From IMG/VR virus record IMGVR_UViG_3300031712_000005: a DNA stretch of 64,000 nucleotides; one strand, given 5' to 3'. This document shows, in pieces, positions 1 to 9,227 of the stretch. Position numbers and translations under genes: made by a program. Within the stretch, counting starts at the first letter, position 1, and each line of letters starts with the position of its first letter. The notes under the pieces were generated by a model. The model made no database searches and was not told where the DNA came from. It saw nothing but the letters and a program-made list of their open reading frames with translations. This DNA comes from an uncultured virus (IMG/VR IMGVR_UViG_3300031712_000005) (Duplodnaviria; Heunggongvirae; Uroviricota; Caudoviricetes).

Positions 1-2
1 CC

Positions 3-1118
3 CTCACCATTAAGTCTGCTGATGTAGCAGCAGCTTTCTTCGGCAAGGGTGGTGACCTGGGTATCTTTGCTGGTAACGCCACGGGTGATGTCTCTCATCA
101 GCATCAGGGTGGTGACATTTACCTGAAGGCTGGTAAGGGTTCTTTTGCTCGCTCGGGTCAGGTGTTCTTACAGGTTGAGACTGGTACAACCATGTCTCCC
201 TCACCAGTGACAGTGGCCACTATCAATCAGGCAGCGGTTACTGTTGATGTTAGCGCTCTTAACTTTGATCCAACAGTATTTCACCCTGTTATCTCTCAGC
301 AGGATGCAGTTGCAGGTCAAGATGGTACTGTACTCAAGGTACAAGCCCAAAAAGGTGATCAAGCTGGTGGTTCATCCCATAACGGTGGGGACCTCGTTCT
401 AGTCTCAGGTGCTCATGGTCCCAGTGGAGGTAATGCTGGAGCCATCAACTTGTTCCTAGGTTCTGAGGCTTACCCGACACTAGGAGCAGATAGAACTGGT
501 TTGGCCTTCCGAGGGTCTAGCAGTGGTAATAATGGCATAGGGATTGTTGATTCTACTACAGATCCACCGACTATGCCGCTCAACTGCACTAGTGCTATTT
601 ACGCAGTTGGCAGCCCGATATCCTCTAGTACACAACTCAAGTATTCAGATGGTAGCTCTGTTACTCGATACCTTGAGGGTGTTTCAGAGAGGGTTGTTGT
701 TAACAGTGCTAGTATCGTTAACCCAATAACTTCGGCTAACCCTGTCACTTCATCCTCTCCAGTCCTGCTTAGTGCGTTCGCGCAGTCGTTCGCTGTAGAG
801 GGGGGTGACATTCTAGAGGGTTCAGTCATTGTCCACTTGGTAGCAGCGGCATCTGCTGGTAACGCAGCTAGCTTCCACTTGATAATAGTTGATGGAGTTA
901 CTCCATTGGACATCACCTCGTATCAATTCCCTATGGACAATGGTGTTGATGTGTACCTAACGGTACCCTTCTCCTTCACTATTCCGAATGTTAGCTCTGG
1001 AACTGTCGAGATTAAACCAGAGGCTTCGGTTAGTGGTGGATCTCTAGACGTGACTACCCCGCATACTGGTGGCAAGTGGTTGTTTGCCAAGCATGTCGTA
1101 GGTGCAGCAGGTACTTGA
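3..1118 (+). CDS. 5'-truncated virion structural/tail fibre-like protein
   Basis: Frame is open from base 3 (LTIKSADV...), upstream of the track start at 162. G/S/T/V-rich with repeated GGD[LI]x[LI]x[AS]G units. Confidence 0.55.
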   Translation, partial: LTIKSADVAAAFFGKGGDLGIFAGNATGDVSHQHQGGDIYLKAGKGSFARSGQVFLQVETGTTMSPSPVTVATINQAAVTVDVSALNFDPTVFHPVISQQDAVAGQDGTVLKVQAQKGDQAGGSSHNGGDLVLVSGAHGPSGGNAGAINLFLGSEAYPTLGADRTGLAFRGSSSGNNGIGIVDSTTDPPTMPLNCTSAIYAVGSPISSSTQLKYSDGSSVTRYLEGVSERVVVNSASIVNPITSANPVTSSSPVLLSAFAQSFAVEGGDILEGSVIVHLVAAASAGNAASFHLIIVDGVTPLDITSYQFPMDNGVDVYLTVPFSFTIPNVSSGTVEIKPEASVSGGSLDVTTPHTGGKWLFAKHVVGAAGT

Positions 1119-1127
1119 TAAACCAAG

Positions 1128-1160
1128 AGGGCTCACCGGCTGTGCGCCAGTGAGCCCTTT
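1128..1160. terminator. intrinsic terminator between convergent genes
   Basis: AGGGCTCAC...GTGAGCCCT stem followed by T run, between stops at 1118(+) and 1178(-). Confidence 0.7.
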
Positions 1161-1177
1161 ATGCTTCTACTTGACTA

Positions 1178-2875
1178 TCAGAATCCGTCGGGAGTTACTG
1201 GAGATGAACTCACAGGTAAGGACAAGTTGCCAGTCAGCTTGCCCCAGCACTTTATAGTTCCACTCTTGAGAACTGCGCAGGTCGATTCATTAGCCCCGAC
1301 TGCCACGCTTGTGGCGTCTAGGATCCCAGGTACAACTACGCCGATATTGTTGGTCTTCGTTGTTCCATCACCTAACTCACCACTCTCGTTAAAACCCCAG
1401 CATTCAACTTCTGAGGTTGTAGTGAGTGAGGGGCGGCTGTAAACTCCACAGGCATGGGATGAGCCTGCTGCTATCCCAGAGTTCTGTAAGCTAATCGTCT
1501 GATAGGTTATTGTGGAGGGGGCTAGGGTTGGTACTGTGCTATTGTATTGTGACCCCCAGCAAAAAGATTGGTTGGCATCAGATATGTAGCAGATATTGCT
1601 GGACCCAACAGAGAACTGAATAGCATTCGAGATGCTCTGAATTGCTATTGGGGTTGATGTTGACTTGGTGGTAGTAGTTGTTGCAAACTCTCCGTTGAGA
1701 CTTTGCCCCCAGCACTTGATGGTCTTGTCACTCAGCAAGGCGCAAGCGAAGCTTGCGTTTGCCGCTATCCCTATCGCGTTGGTGATCCCGACCACCTGAG
1801 TTAGGGTTGCAGAGTAGTAGTAGTCGCTCGAAGTGCCATCAATGCCGTTACCAAGGGTCCCATACTTGTTGTACCCTACACACCATACGGTATGGTCAGC
1901 AAGAAGGACACAGGTGTAGAAGTTCCCAACAACGACATCAATCGCATTTGACACCCCGAGGAACTGAACTGGGTTTGGGTTGGGGGTGTAAGGGTCAGCA
2001 TCATTGGGCAAAGAGCGTCCATCTCCAAGCTCACCGTCAGCATCGGAGCCCCAGCATTTGACAGTACCATCATTCAAGAGAGCGCAAGTATGGCTCGTGT
2101 ATGTCGATACTTTGACAGCATTCGAGATTCCAGTAACTTGGACAGGGGTCGCATTGTTGTTAGTTGTTCCGTTCCCAAGTTGACCAGACTTGTTTAACCC
2201 CCAACACTTGATGTTGCCGTTGCTCAATACTGTGCAGGTTTGGCTTGAACCAACTGATACCTGAGTGGGGACTGGAGGAGCTACTGCAGAGCTTCCACCC
2301 GTCGAAGGGCTTCCACCGGTGCCTGGAGTTGAGCCACCGGTGCCTGGAGTTGAACCTCCGGTGCCTGGAGCTGAACCTCCCGTGGCTTGGCTTCCACCGG
2401 TGCCTGGAGCTGAACCGCCGGTACCCTTGGTTGAACTTCCGCCGGTTGCCTTTGATCCTCCGGTACCCTGAGTAGAACTTCCGCCGGTTGCCTTTGATCC
2501 TCCAGTTGCCTTTGATCCTCCAGTTGCCTTTGATCCTCCGGTACCTTGTGGGCTCCCGCCGGTACCCTTTGGAGTCGTGGTGCCTATCGAGCTGAACCCG
2601 CCCGTAGAGGTTGTACTCTGGGGGGAGCTTCCGCCGGTGGCTTGTCCTTGGTCCCCGCCCGTCTCGCCAACTACCGCTGAGGTCCCCGCTACATTAGCCG
2701 AGGAGCCACCCGTAGACTCGGAAGAGGAGCCACCCGTAGACCCAGTCTCTGTATTCAGGGTCGCTGATCCACCAGTACTCTCTACCGTGCTCACGGAAAC
2801 TGGGGTTCCATCAGAATTACTTCCGCAAGCGGTGAGTACGAGAACTAGTGCGATTATGGTCTGGAACTTGGACAT
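1178..2875 (-). CDS. RCC1/BLIP-II repeat beta-propeller lipoprotein with Gly/Ser/Thr linker
   Basis: Lipobox LTAC. Long TGGS linker. Repeated HTCALLxDGTVKCWGxNxxGxLG units. Likely start is MSKFQ at 2875. Confidence 0.85.
   Translation of the reverse strand: MSKFQTIIALVLVLTACGSNSDGTPVSVSTVESTGGSATLNTETGSTGGSSSESTGGSSANVAGTSAVVGETGGDQGQATGGSSPQSTTSTGGFSSIGTTTPKGTGGSPQGTGGSKATGGSKATGGSKATGGSSTQGTGGSKATGGSSTKGTGGSAPGTGGSQATGGSAPGTGGSTPGTGGSTPGTGGSPSTGGSSAVAPPVPTQVSVGSSQTCTVLSNGNIKCWGLNKSGQLGNGTTNNNATPVQVTGISNAVKVSTYTSHTCALLNDGTVKCWGSDADGELGDGRSLPNDADPYTPNPNPVQFLGVSNAIDVVVGNFYTCVLLADHTVWCVGYNKYGTLGNGIDGTSSDYYYSATLTQVVGITNAIGIAANASFACALLSDKTIKCWGQSLNGEFATTTTTKSTSTPIAIQSISNAIQFSVGSSNICYISDANQSFCWGSQYNSTVPTLAPSTITYQTISLQNSGIAAGSSHACGVYSRPSLTTTSEVECWGFNESGELGDGTTKTNNIGVVVPGILDATSVAVGANESTCAVLKSGTIKCWGKLTGNLSLPVSSSPVTPDGF
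2290..2570 (-). repeat. coding tandem repeats (18- and 21-nt units; KATGGS / PGTGGS)
   Basis: ccggtgcctggag and ttgcctttgatcctcc each recur about 4 times. Confidence 0.85.
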
Positions 2876-2890
2876 TTTATGCCTCATACA

Positions 2891-2919
2891 GTATTACGTC
2901 CGAGCAGCCTGGTTCTCAA
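2891..2919 (-). promoter_or_regulatory. sigma70-like promoter for the RCC1 lipoprotein
   Basis: TTGAGA-N17-TAATAC on the minus strand. Confidence 0.5.
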
Positions 2920-2989
2920 CAAGAAACCTAAATCCCCTCATCTTTTCTGGATATCTCACCCCGTAGTACTTGTGGGTGACTTTTTCACT

Positions 2990-3018
2990 TATCTAGGGGT
3001 TTTGTATACCCCTAGATA
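2990..3018. promoter_or_regulatory. perfect 11-bp inverted repeat upstream of the holin-like gene
   Basis: TATCTAGGGGT-tttgtat-ACCCCTAGATA. Confidence 0.6.
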
Positions 3019-3032
3019 GGAACCAGAAAAAG

Positions 3033-3494
3033 ATGGACATCAATAGCCTAGCCAGCAGTATTTTCAACGTCCAAACGATCTATCTCTGTTTGGCAATCTA
3101 CGTCGTAACTTACTTGATTCGTAGGGTAATCGAGGGCACTTGGAGTATCCTCATCCAGCAGGGTGAAGCCAAGAAGGTATCCGTGTCCAGTAGAATTTGG
3201 GAGGAGGTAGTTGTACCGATACTCCCAATCATGATCGGTGGCGGATTGAGTTTTGCCGCAAAAACCTTCGTTTGGCCAGACTTTGCGATCAAGACGAAGC
3301 TTGCTAGGTTCTTGTACGGGTGTATCTGTGGTTTGTTCTCGGCTTTCATCTACAATAGAATCCGAGGTTGGCTGAAGAGCAGATCTGACTTCTCGGTAGA
3401 TGAGGCAGACGAGCCTATTGCATTGAAAGCCCCTAGGCTCGATGGTCCTATTCCCCCTGCTCCTCCAAAGTCAGAGCCCCCCAAGGCTGCCTAA
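3033..3494 (+). CDS. holin-like membrane protein (about 3 TM segments)
   Basis: Three hydrophobic segments and a charged/Pro-rich C-tail. Confidence 0.5.
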   Translation: MDINSLASSIFNVQTIYLCLAIYVVTYLIRRVIEGTWSILIQQGEAKKVSVSSRIWEEVVVPILPIMIGGGLSFAAKTFVWPDFAIKTKLARFLYGCICGLFSAFIYNRIRGWLKSRSDFSVDEADEPIALKAPRLDGPIPPAPPKSEPPKAA

Positions 3495-3506
3495 GGTTAA
3501 CCATAA

Positions 3507-4076
3507 ATGACTGAATCAAGCACAGAGTCCTTCGGAACTAGGTTCTGGAAGGCGTTTGTAGGTTTCTTTTTCGGGATTTGGGCCTTCATAAAGAAGCTCA
3601 GCCCCAAAGTTTTGGGCCCGCTCGCGGCCCTTGTCATAATAGTAATTGCTGTCGTTCTAGTCTCCATGGGGTTCAAGGAACTCCAGATTGGTGGCATCCT
3701 AGGGAAGCTGCTCGGGAAGAAGGGTGGGACTAATCCAGGTGGGCCAACAGTAGAGACAGCCAACACCATCGACCCCAAGCGTGTTGGCCCTGATGGCAAA
3801 CTCATCCCCCAGGGAGATCCAGATCCGAAGGGTGATACTCAGGCGGTAGTCGTACCGATCCAGACCCCTGGGATATTCTCAGACCCAAGTACAGTTACTT
3901 ATGTGGCTCCGGGTGACACCCAGCCGACAGTGATCCCCCTACCTACAGGTGTAACCAGCAAGCAAGTAGATCAGGTTATCATAGTTCAGCCGAACGTGGT
4001 AGCTGTCACAGTTAAAGACACCTCAGGAGTATCTGCGCAGACAGTTGAGGATCTTCTTAACAAATATCGTAAGTGA
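3507..4076 (+). CDS. membrane-anchored Pro-rich protein (possible spanin-like)
   Basis: TM segment LAALVIIVIAVVLV followed by a P/T/V-rich domain. Confidence 0.45.
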   Translation: MTESSTESFGTRFWKAFVGFFFGIWAFIKKLSPKVLGPLAALVIIVIAVVLVSMGFKELQIGGILGKLLGKKGGTNPGGPTVETANTIDPKRVGPDGKLIPQGDPDPKGDTQAVVVPIQTPGIFSDPSTVTYVAPGDTQPTVIPLPTGVTSKQVDQVIIVQPNVVAVTVKDTSGVSAQTVEDLLNKYRK

Positions 4077-4972
4077 TGGACCCCAAGCTCAACCCCCTTG
4101 ACCAACTCATCGCAGCTCGTGTAAAGTTTCGTTTCGCCTCTATTAGGAACGCAAACCCGATAGATACTAACGACTACCAACGGGCTATCCGATCATTGAA
4201 GGAAGCGGACTCCATCCTCGCTGAGGTAAAGACGTCCACCTCTAGGCATGAGTCAGCAGCAAAAAGTGCATTGAATGCATTTTCTACTGCTGTTGACGAG
4301 ATTCCTGGTAAATTGGAGAAGCTTGGGATCAACATCAAGGGGATTCAGAGGTTTCAGACTCAGCTCGTGAACCTAGTCAAGGTTGCAAAGAAGGGCTCCC
4401 CCCTACGAGCGTACAGTACATTCTCTAGTGATAGGCCTCTCAATAAGGTCGAGAGCGTCATAAACAGTCTGGGTAAGGCTGCCCTGAAGTCCGCCGGAGT
4501 TGGGACTAAGATACTGAAGCCAGCTCTAGTTGCTCATACTTTGCAAGATGTAGTGAGTGTCTTCAGTGATGTTATCTATGCTTGCGATGAGTGGTATGCT
4601 TTTGCAGGTTCTAGTGCCAGCAGTATCGACCAACTTGTCATGGATGCTTGGTGGATTCAGGAAGAGCCCTTCTCTAGCGGATTCACACTAACCAGGGAGT
4701 ACGAGGAGTACGTCAAAGCTCAGCGAGTTTTCGCTAAGCAGAATAAGGACCTTCTCGATACAGTTCGGCATAACGTTATCGGTCTTCCAATGGCTAGCAC
4801 CAAGTTCGAAGATTGCGAAGACGTTAACCTCTGCATATCTACTGCAATCAAAGCCCTCGATGAGGCTTTGAAGCTTAACTTGGACTTCGGTAAGAAGTGG
4901 GGTGACTTCAGATCCAAGAATCAGGACCAGTCAACAGGACAGAAGTCCTTATTTGCACGGGCTAGGCGGTAG
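4073..4972 (+). CDS. hypothetical protein with N-terminal RVKFRF motif
   Basis: 299-aa ORF coupled to the upstream stop. Confidence 0.75.
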   Translation: MMDPKLNPLDQLIAARVKFRFASIRNANPIDTNDYQRAIRSLKEADSILAEVKTSTSRHESAAKSALNAFSTAVDEIPGKLEKLGINIKGIQRFQTQLVNLVKVAKKGSPLRAYSTFSSDRPLNKVESVINSLGKAALKSAGVGTKILKPALVAHTLQDVVSVFSDVIYACDEWYAFAGSSASSIDQLVMDAWWIQEEPFSSGFTLTREYEEYVKAQRVFAKQNKDLLDTVRHNVIGLPMASTKFEDCEDVNLCISTAIKALDEALKLNLDFGKKWGDFRSKNQDQSTGQKSLFARARR

Positions 4973-4982
4973 GCGTCACCTC

Positions 4983-4989
4983 CGGTGTA
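4983..4989 (+). promoter_or_regulatory. YGGTGTA phage promoter-like element (forms the loop of an 8-bp hairpin)
   Basis: GTCACCTC-CGGTGTA-GAGGTGAC, 9 nt before ATG 4999. Confidence 0.7.
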
Positions 4990-4998
4990 GAGGTGACC

Positions 4999-5598
4999 AT
5001 GAAACGCCTCCTGACTGCCTTGACGTTGCTCCTATGGCCTGTGGCAGCACAAGCTCAAGGAGCGTGTGCCTCGGGTTCGACTTGTGTCTCAGACGTTGAT
5101 CTGAAGACTTTTATCACCTTGGCACAAGAGAAGCAGTGCCTGCAGAAGACTCAACCCACTTTTCAGTTGGATCCTATCGCTGTTATAGTGGATAAGGATG
5201 GTCGAGTTTACTACTCCGGTGATGAGCCCAAACCATACTCCTTGAAACTGACTTGGTGCACCTACGAGGTGACCACTACGGGTAAGGTGGCCTTGGTCGT
5301 CGCCAAGAATGAGCCACCAGTATGGGGTTTCAGATTCCGTCCTAAGTTTGCAGGGAGTTACTTGTTCGTCGATGGTTTCTCCAGTACTAAGGCGGTTGAT
5401 GGAGTTGACATCGGAATCTTGTGGGACTTCCTCTACTATAAGGCGGTCAACCTCAACGTTGCTACTGGGTTCAGATCCATTGGCGCTGGTCTAGGTGTTG
5501 ACTTGTTCAAGAACATGACCTTGTATGGTGGTTACGCTTTTTCATGGTGGACTCTGAAGCACAACCCTAGTATAGGTGTTGGTTTTGCGCTCTGGTGA
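4999..5598 (+). CDS. secreted protein with C-terminal outer-membrane beta-barrel-like region
   Basis: Signal peptide ending AQA. Amphipathic strands and C-terminal IGVGFALW. Confidence 0.55.
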   Translation: MKRLLTALTLLLWPVAAQAQGACASGSTCVSDVDLKTFITLAQEKQCLQKTQPTFQLDPIAVIVDKDGRVYYSGDEPKPYSLKLTWCTYEVTTTGKVALVVAKNEPPVWGFRFRPKFAGSYLFVDGFSSTKAVDGVDIGILWDFLYYKAVNLNVATGFRSIGAGLGVDLFKNMTLYGGYAFSWWTLKHNPSIGVGFALW

Positions 5599-6566
5599 TG
5601 ACTACGGCCTTCGTATACTCCATTACCAACAACCTCAGTAAAAAAGTGTACATTGGTAAGACCACGAACTTGAAAAGTCGATGGAAGTATCATAGAGGCG
5701 TCAAGAAACGCGGTTGGGTATCGCTCATCAGTCGTGCGATTAGAAAGTATGGTGTTGAAAACTTCACCTTTACAGTACTAGCTTCCTACTCGAGTGAGGA
5801 GGAAGCTTACTCAGGAGAAGTTGATTGGATCTCTAGGCTTCAATCCAATGACCCTGGCAAAGGTTACAACCTTGAATCTGGCGGCATGGGAGGTAAGAGA
5901 GCTTCCGAAGAGACTCGGCTCAGACAATCATTGAAACGTAAGGGTATACCAAGACCTCCAGAGGTTATAGCTAAGTTACATTCCCCTGAATCTCGAAAGA
6001 AAGTAGCTGATGCTAAGCGAGGGCAACACCTACCTGAAGTCACGAGGAAAAAGATCTCGGCTGCTCATCTAGGAAAGCCTAAAAATCCAAAAGCCGTAGA
6101 GAAGTCAGCTGCTGGGCATCGAGGGAAGCCATTGTCTCAAGAGCATAGAATTAAGTTGAGTCATGCTCTAAGGGGCCGAGTCTTCTCCACCGAACATCGA
6201 GAGAAGATAGCTGAGTCAAATAGAGTCAAAGGCCTTGCTGCACGAGGTGTACCATTATCACCAGAACGTAAGGCTAAAATAAGCTTGGCACTTAAAAGTG
6301 TAACTCATACTTGGGCAAAACCTCTAACACTAGAGCACAAAACCAAGCTTAGTTTAGCTACAAAAGGTCGTCCTCTAGCACCTGAGCACATTGCTAAGTT
6401 GACCGAAGCAAATAGAATTAACGGTGCAAAGAGGCGTGGAGTACCTCTAACCCCAGAACGTCGAGCTAACATGAGTGCTGCTCAGAAAGGTCGCCCAAAG
6501 TCACCTGAACATATAGCAAGAGTGGTTGAGGCTAAAAGGGCTGCTCGACTTGCCCGTCAAACTTAA
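5595..6566 (+). mobile_element. free-standing GIY-YIG homing endonuclease with NUMOD3 repeats
   Basis: FVYSITN...VYIGKT...RW...E...GYN, then many [ST]xE[HT][RK]xKIS repeats. Confidence 0.9.
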
Positions 6567-6573
6567 TCTTAGT

Positions 6574-6580
6574 CGGTGTA
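6574..6580 (+). promoter_or_regulatory. YGGTGTA element
   Basis: CGGTGTA 9 nt before ATG 6590. Confidence 0.7.
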
Positions 6581-6589
6581 TTAGTACCG

Positions 6590-8323
6590 ATGCCCAAAGA
6601 GTCTGCGGCTGTCAAAGAACAGTACGAGAAGGTATATGCACACCTGAAGAAGGTTAGGGCTAGTACCACTGTCGAGATCAAGCCTACCCCAATGCTCAGA
6701 ACAGAGATCCGTGGGTTCGATGGGACTCTCGAGCAGCTGAAGGTTAGATACTACCAGGTTCAAGGGATCTACCACCTTCTGATCATGAATCGGATGGTGC
6801 TCGGGGACGGGACTGGGCTAGGGAAGACCTTGCAAGCCATTGGAGCTCTTTGCTACATATGGGAGCGCGATCCTCAGGTCAAGGTCATGGTCGTCTGCCC
6901 CAAGTCCTCTATAGGTCAATGGGCGTCTGAGTTCGACAAGTTCTCGACAGGAGTCAAGACCTTCCAGGCTGTTGGGGACTTGAACCATCGCAAGGAGGCC
7001 TACAGCAACTGGTCCAAGCATGTCGGACCCGCAGTGCTCATGGTGAACTATCATGGAGTGGTCCGGGATTGGGATCAAGGGATCACTAAGGCCGAGCCAC
7101 CTCCAGGGTCGAAGAAGGGGACTGTGACTATCGCCGGTCGAGGGTATCTTGATGACTTGACGATGAAGATCCCAAAGCTAGCTCTGATCCTTGATGAGGT
7201 TCAGGCTTGCAAGAACCCGACGACGAAGACCCATCAGACTTGTAAGTTCCTAGCGGACCGCGCCAAGCGAGTTTGGGGTTTGACCGCAACCCTTCTTCAA
7301 AATCACTTGATTGAAGGGTTCGGAATCTACAAGGTCATTCGACCCCAGACATTCGGTAGCAAGTCTGGTTTCCTCAATGTGTACTGTGTGACCGAGATGC
7401 AGAGGGTCAAGGGTGGGGGGAAGATACCCATTATCGTTGGCTATAAAAACCTTGCTCACTTTCGAGAGACCATTGATCCGTTCTTCTACGGTCGTCCCAA
7501 GCACTTAGTGTCGAAGGAACTTCCAGCGCTAACAACACGAGAAGTGATCTGCGAGCTCTCGTCCGTTGAAGATCGTAAGTACCAAGAGGCATTGAGTGGG
7601 GTCTTCGAGCTTGGAACCGGAGAGGTCAAGAACTACGAAGAAACTAAGCAGATGACTAGCCTGATCTACATCCAGGAAGTCTGCAACTCCCTCAGTTTAG
7701 TGAAGTTTGGTGAGGATGAGTTTGAGAGGCCTGTCACCGCTGCAGAGGGTCGAAGCTCTAAAGAGGCGGCCCTGGTCTCACTCATGACAGAAGAGTTTGA
7801 CGACCAGAAAGTCATTGTCTACACCAGATTCAAGAGTCACGTAGCTCGACTTCAAGCGATCTTGACCAAAGAGGGAATCAAGAGTGTAGCTATCACGGGA
7901 GCAGTTACAAAGTCTAGTGATCGTAAGGCGGCCCAGGATAAGTTTCAAGATCCTGACAGCAAGATAAAGGTGATTTTTATCACTGATGCTGGTAGTGAGT
8001 CGATTAATCTGCAGGCTGCTGCAGCAATGATCTTCTTCGATACACCGTGGTCTTGGGGCAGATATGTTCAGTTGCTAGGTAGGATGATTCGAATCGGCTC
8101 CCCCCATCAAGCCGTTTTGGCCATTCATTTACTAGCAAAGCGGCCAGGCAGTGGCAAGAAGACCGAGACTATCGACCATAAGGTCATCCAAAAGCTACGC
8201 AAAAAGAAGGGCTTGATTGACCAGGTCATTGGCGAGGCAGCCGTAGGTGCTCTGAAGTTCGAGCGCCACGAGGATGACGTTCGCGACTTGATCAACTCTT
8301 TGCGGGACATTCCGAAGAAGTGA
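6590..8323 (+). CDS. SNF2-family (SF2) helicase
   Basis: DGTGLGKT, LDEVQ, LTAT, GSESINLQ, QLLGRMIRIG. Confidence 0.9.
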   Translation: MPKESAAVKEQYEKVYAHLKKVRASTTVEIKPTPMLRTEIRGFDGTLEQLKVRYYQVQGIYHLLIMNRMVLGDGTGLGKTLQAIGALCYIWERDPQVKVMVVCPKSSIGQWASEFDKFSTGVKTFQAVGDLNHRKEAYSNWSKHVGPAVLMVNYHGVVRDWDQGITKAEPPPGSKKGTVTIAGRGYLDDLTMKIPKLALILDEVQACKNPTTKTHQTCKFLADRAKRVWGLTATLLQNHLIEGFGIYKVIRPQTFGSKSGFLNVYCVTEMQRVKGGGKIPIIVGYKNLAHFRETIDPFFYGRPKHLVSKELPALTTREVICELSSVEDRKYQEALSGVFELGTGEVKNYEETKQMTSLIYIQEVCNSLSLVKFGEDEFERPVTAAEGRSSKEAALVSLMTEEFDDQKVIVYTRFKSHVARLQAILTKEGIKSVAITGAVTKSSDRKAAQDKFQDPDSKIKVIFITDAGSESINLQAAAAMIFFDTPWSWGRYVQLLGRMIRIGSPHQAVLAIHLLAKRPGSGKKTETIDHKVIQKLRKKKGLIDQVIGEAAVGALKFERHEDDVRDLINSLRDIPKK

Positions 8324-8329
8324 CCAAGT

Positions 8330-8336
8330 CGGTGTA
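8330..8336 (+). promoter_or_regulatory. YGGTGTA element
   Basis: CGGTGTA 12 nt before ATG 8349. Confidence 0.7.
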
Positions 8337-8348
8337 GTACCTCGGACG

Positions 8349-9227
8349 ATGCCCGATCCCCCTGTCTGTCCGATTTGTAAGAGTCAGGACGGTAAAATAG
8401 ATGTCGGTGACGACGCGGACAAGAAGCAATGTGTGTGTAGCTTCCGAACCAACATCAAGAAGAGACTCCCGCCGGATATAGCTGAAGCTCCGCCTATGAA
8501 CGCATCTCCGTTACTGGAGGTAGGTGGTCCAGGTGAGGTGAAGGTTGATCTTACTTCGGAGAATTTGTTCATCAAGGGTTATTGGTCAGATCTTGCTTCA
8601 CACTTGAGGTTGGTGCTCACTATCAAGATGCTGCACAACTTGTTGTATCAGTTCCAAATCATTACTGATGCTCGTTTGCGCGATGTGTACGTTGGGTCAG
8701 AGTCATACACCGCTCGAAGTCGAAAGAAGCGTGACGACATAGAGACCAACAACAAGCTCTCTGATGTCATTGGGGGTGACCGTGAGCTGGTAATCATTCG
8801 CCTTGGGTTCCTCGGGTACGCTAATAGGGCGATGCCTGGAATCCTCAAGGAGGCCATCCTTCTGCGCCATGCAGTAGGTAAGCCTACTTGGATAATTGAA
8901 GAGCCCAATAGTATTTTCGGACCAGGTCACTTCTCGTATGACGCTGAGGTAGCAGAGCTAATCTCTCAAAGGTTCTCAGTTGTCGAGATCAAAGCACGAG
9001 TTGAACGTGAGCTAGTCCCACGAGGAGTTAAAGGAGCACATCTAGCTGTCACTGAAGAAGAAGGTATGAGTCTGGACACTGAAGAAGCTCCAAAACCACG
9101 TAGGAAGTTCGTAATGCCCGAGCCTGCAATCCCAGCCCCTGCTTCATCTACAATAGACATGGGGTTGCTTACCGATGACGGTAAGAAAAAGAAGTACAAG
9201 GGAAAGCGCAACGGGGGTAACTTCTGA
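8349..9227 (+). CDS. putative degenerate DnaC/IstB-like helicase loader
   Basis: N-terminal CPIC...CVC Zn motif. Lies directly before DnaB. No Walker A. Confidence 0.45.
   Translation: MPDPPVCPICKSQDGKIDVGDDADKKQCVCSFRTNIKKRLPPDIAEAPPMNASPLLEVGGPGEVKVDLTSENLFIKGYWSDLASHLRLVLTIKMLHNLLYQFQIITDARLRDVYVGSESYTARSRKKRDDIETNNKLSDVIGGDRELVIIRLGFLGYANRAMPGILKEAILLRHAVGKPTWIIEEPNSIFGPGHFSYDAEVAELISQRFSVVEIKARVERELVPRGVKGAHLAVTEEEGMSLDTEEAPKPRRKFVMPEPAIPAPASSTIDMGLLTDDGKKKKYKGKRNGGNF

Noticed and set aside
2290..2570. Short repeats as a CRISPR array
   Set aside because: In-frame 18/21-nt coding repeats with no unique spacers and no cas genes.
5595..6566. GIY-YIG gene as part of a group I intron
   Set aside because: Flanking genes are complete and unrelated, so it is free-standing.
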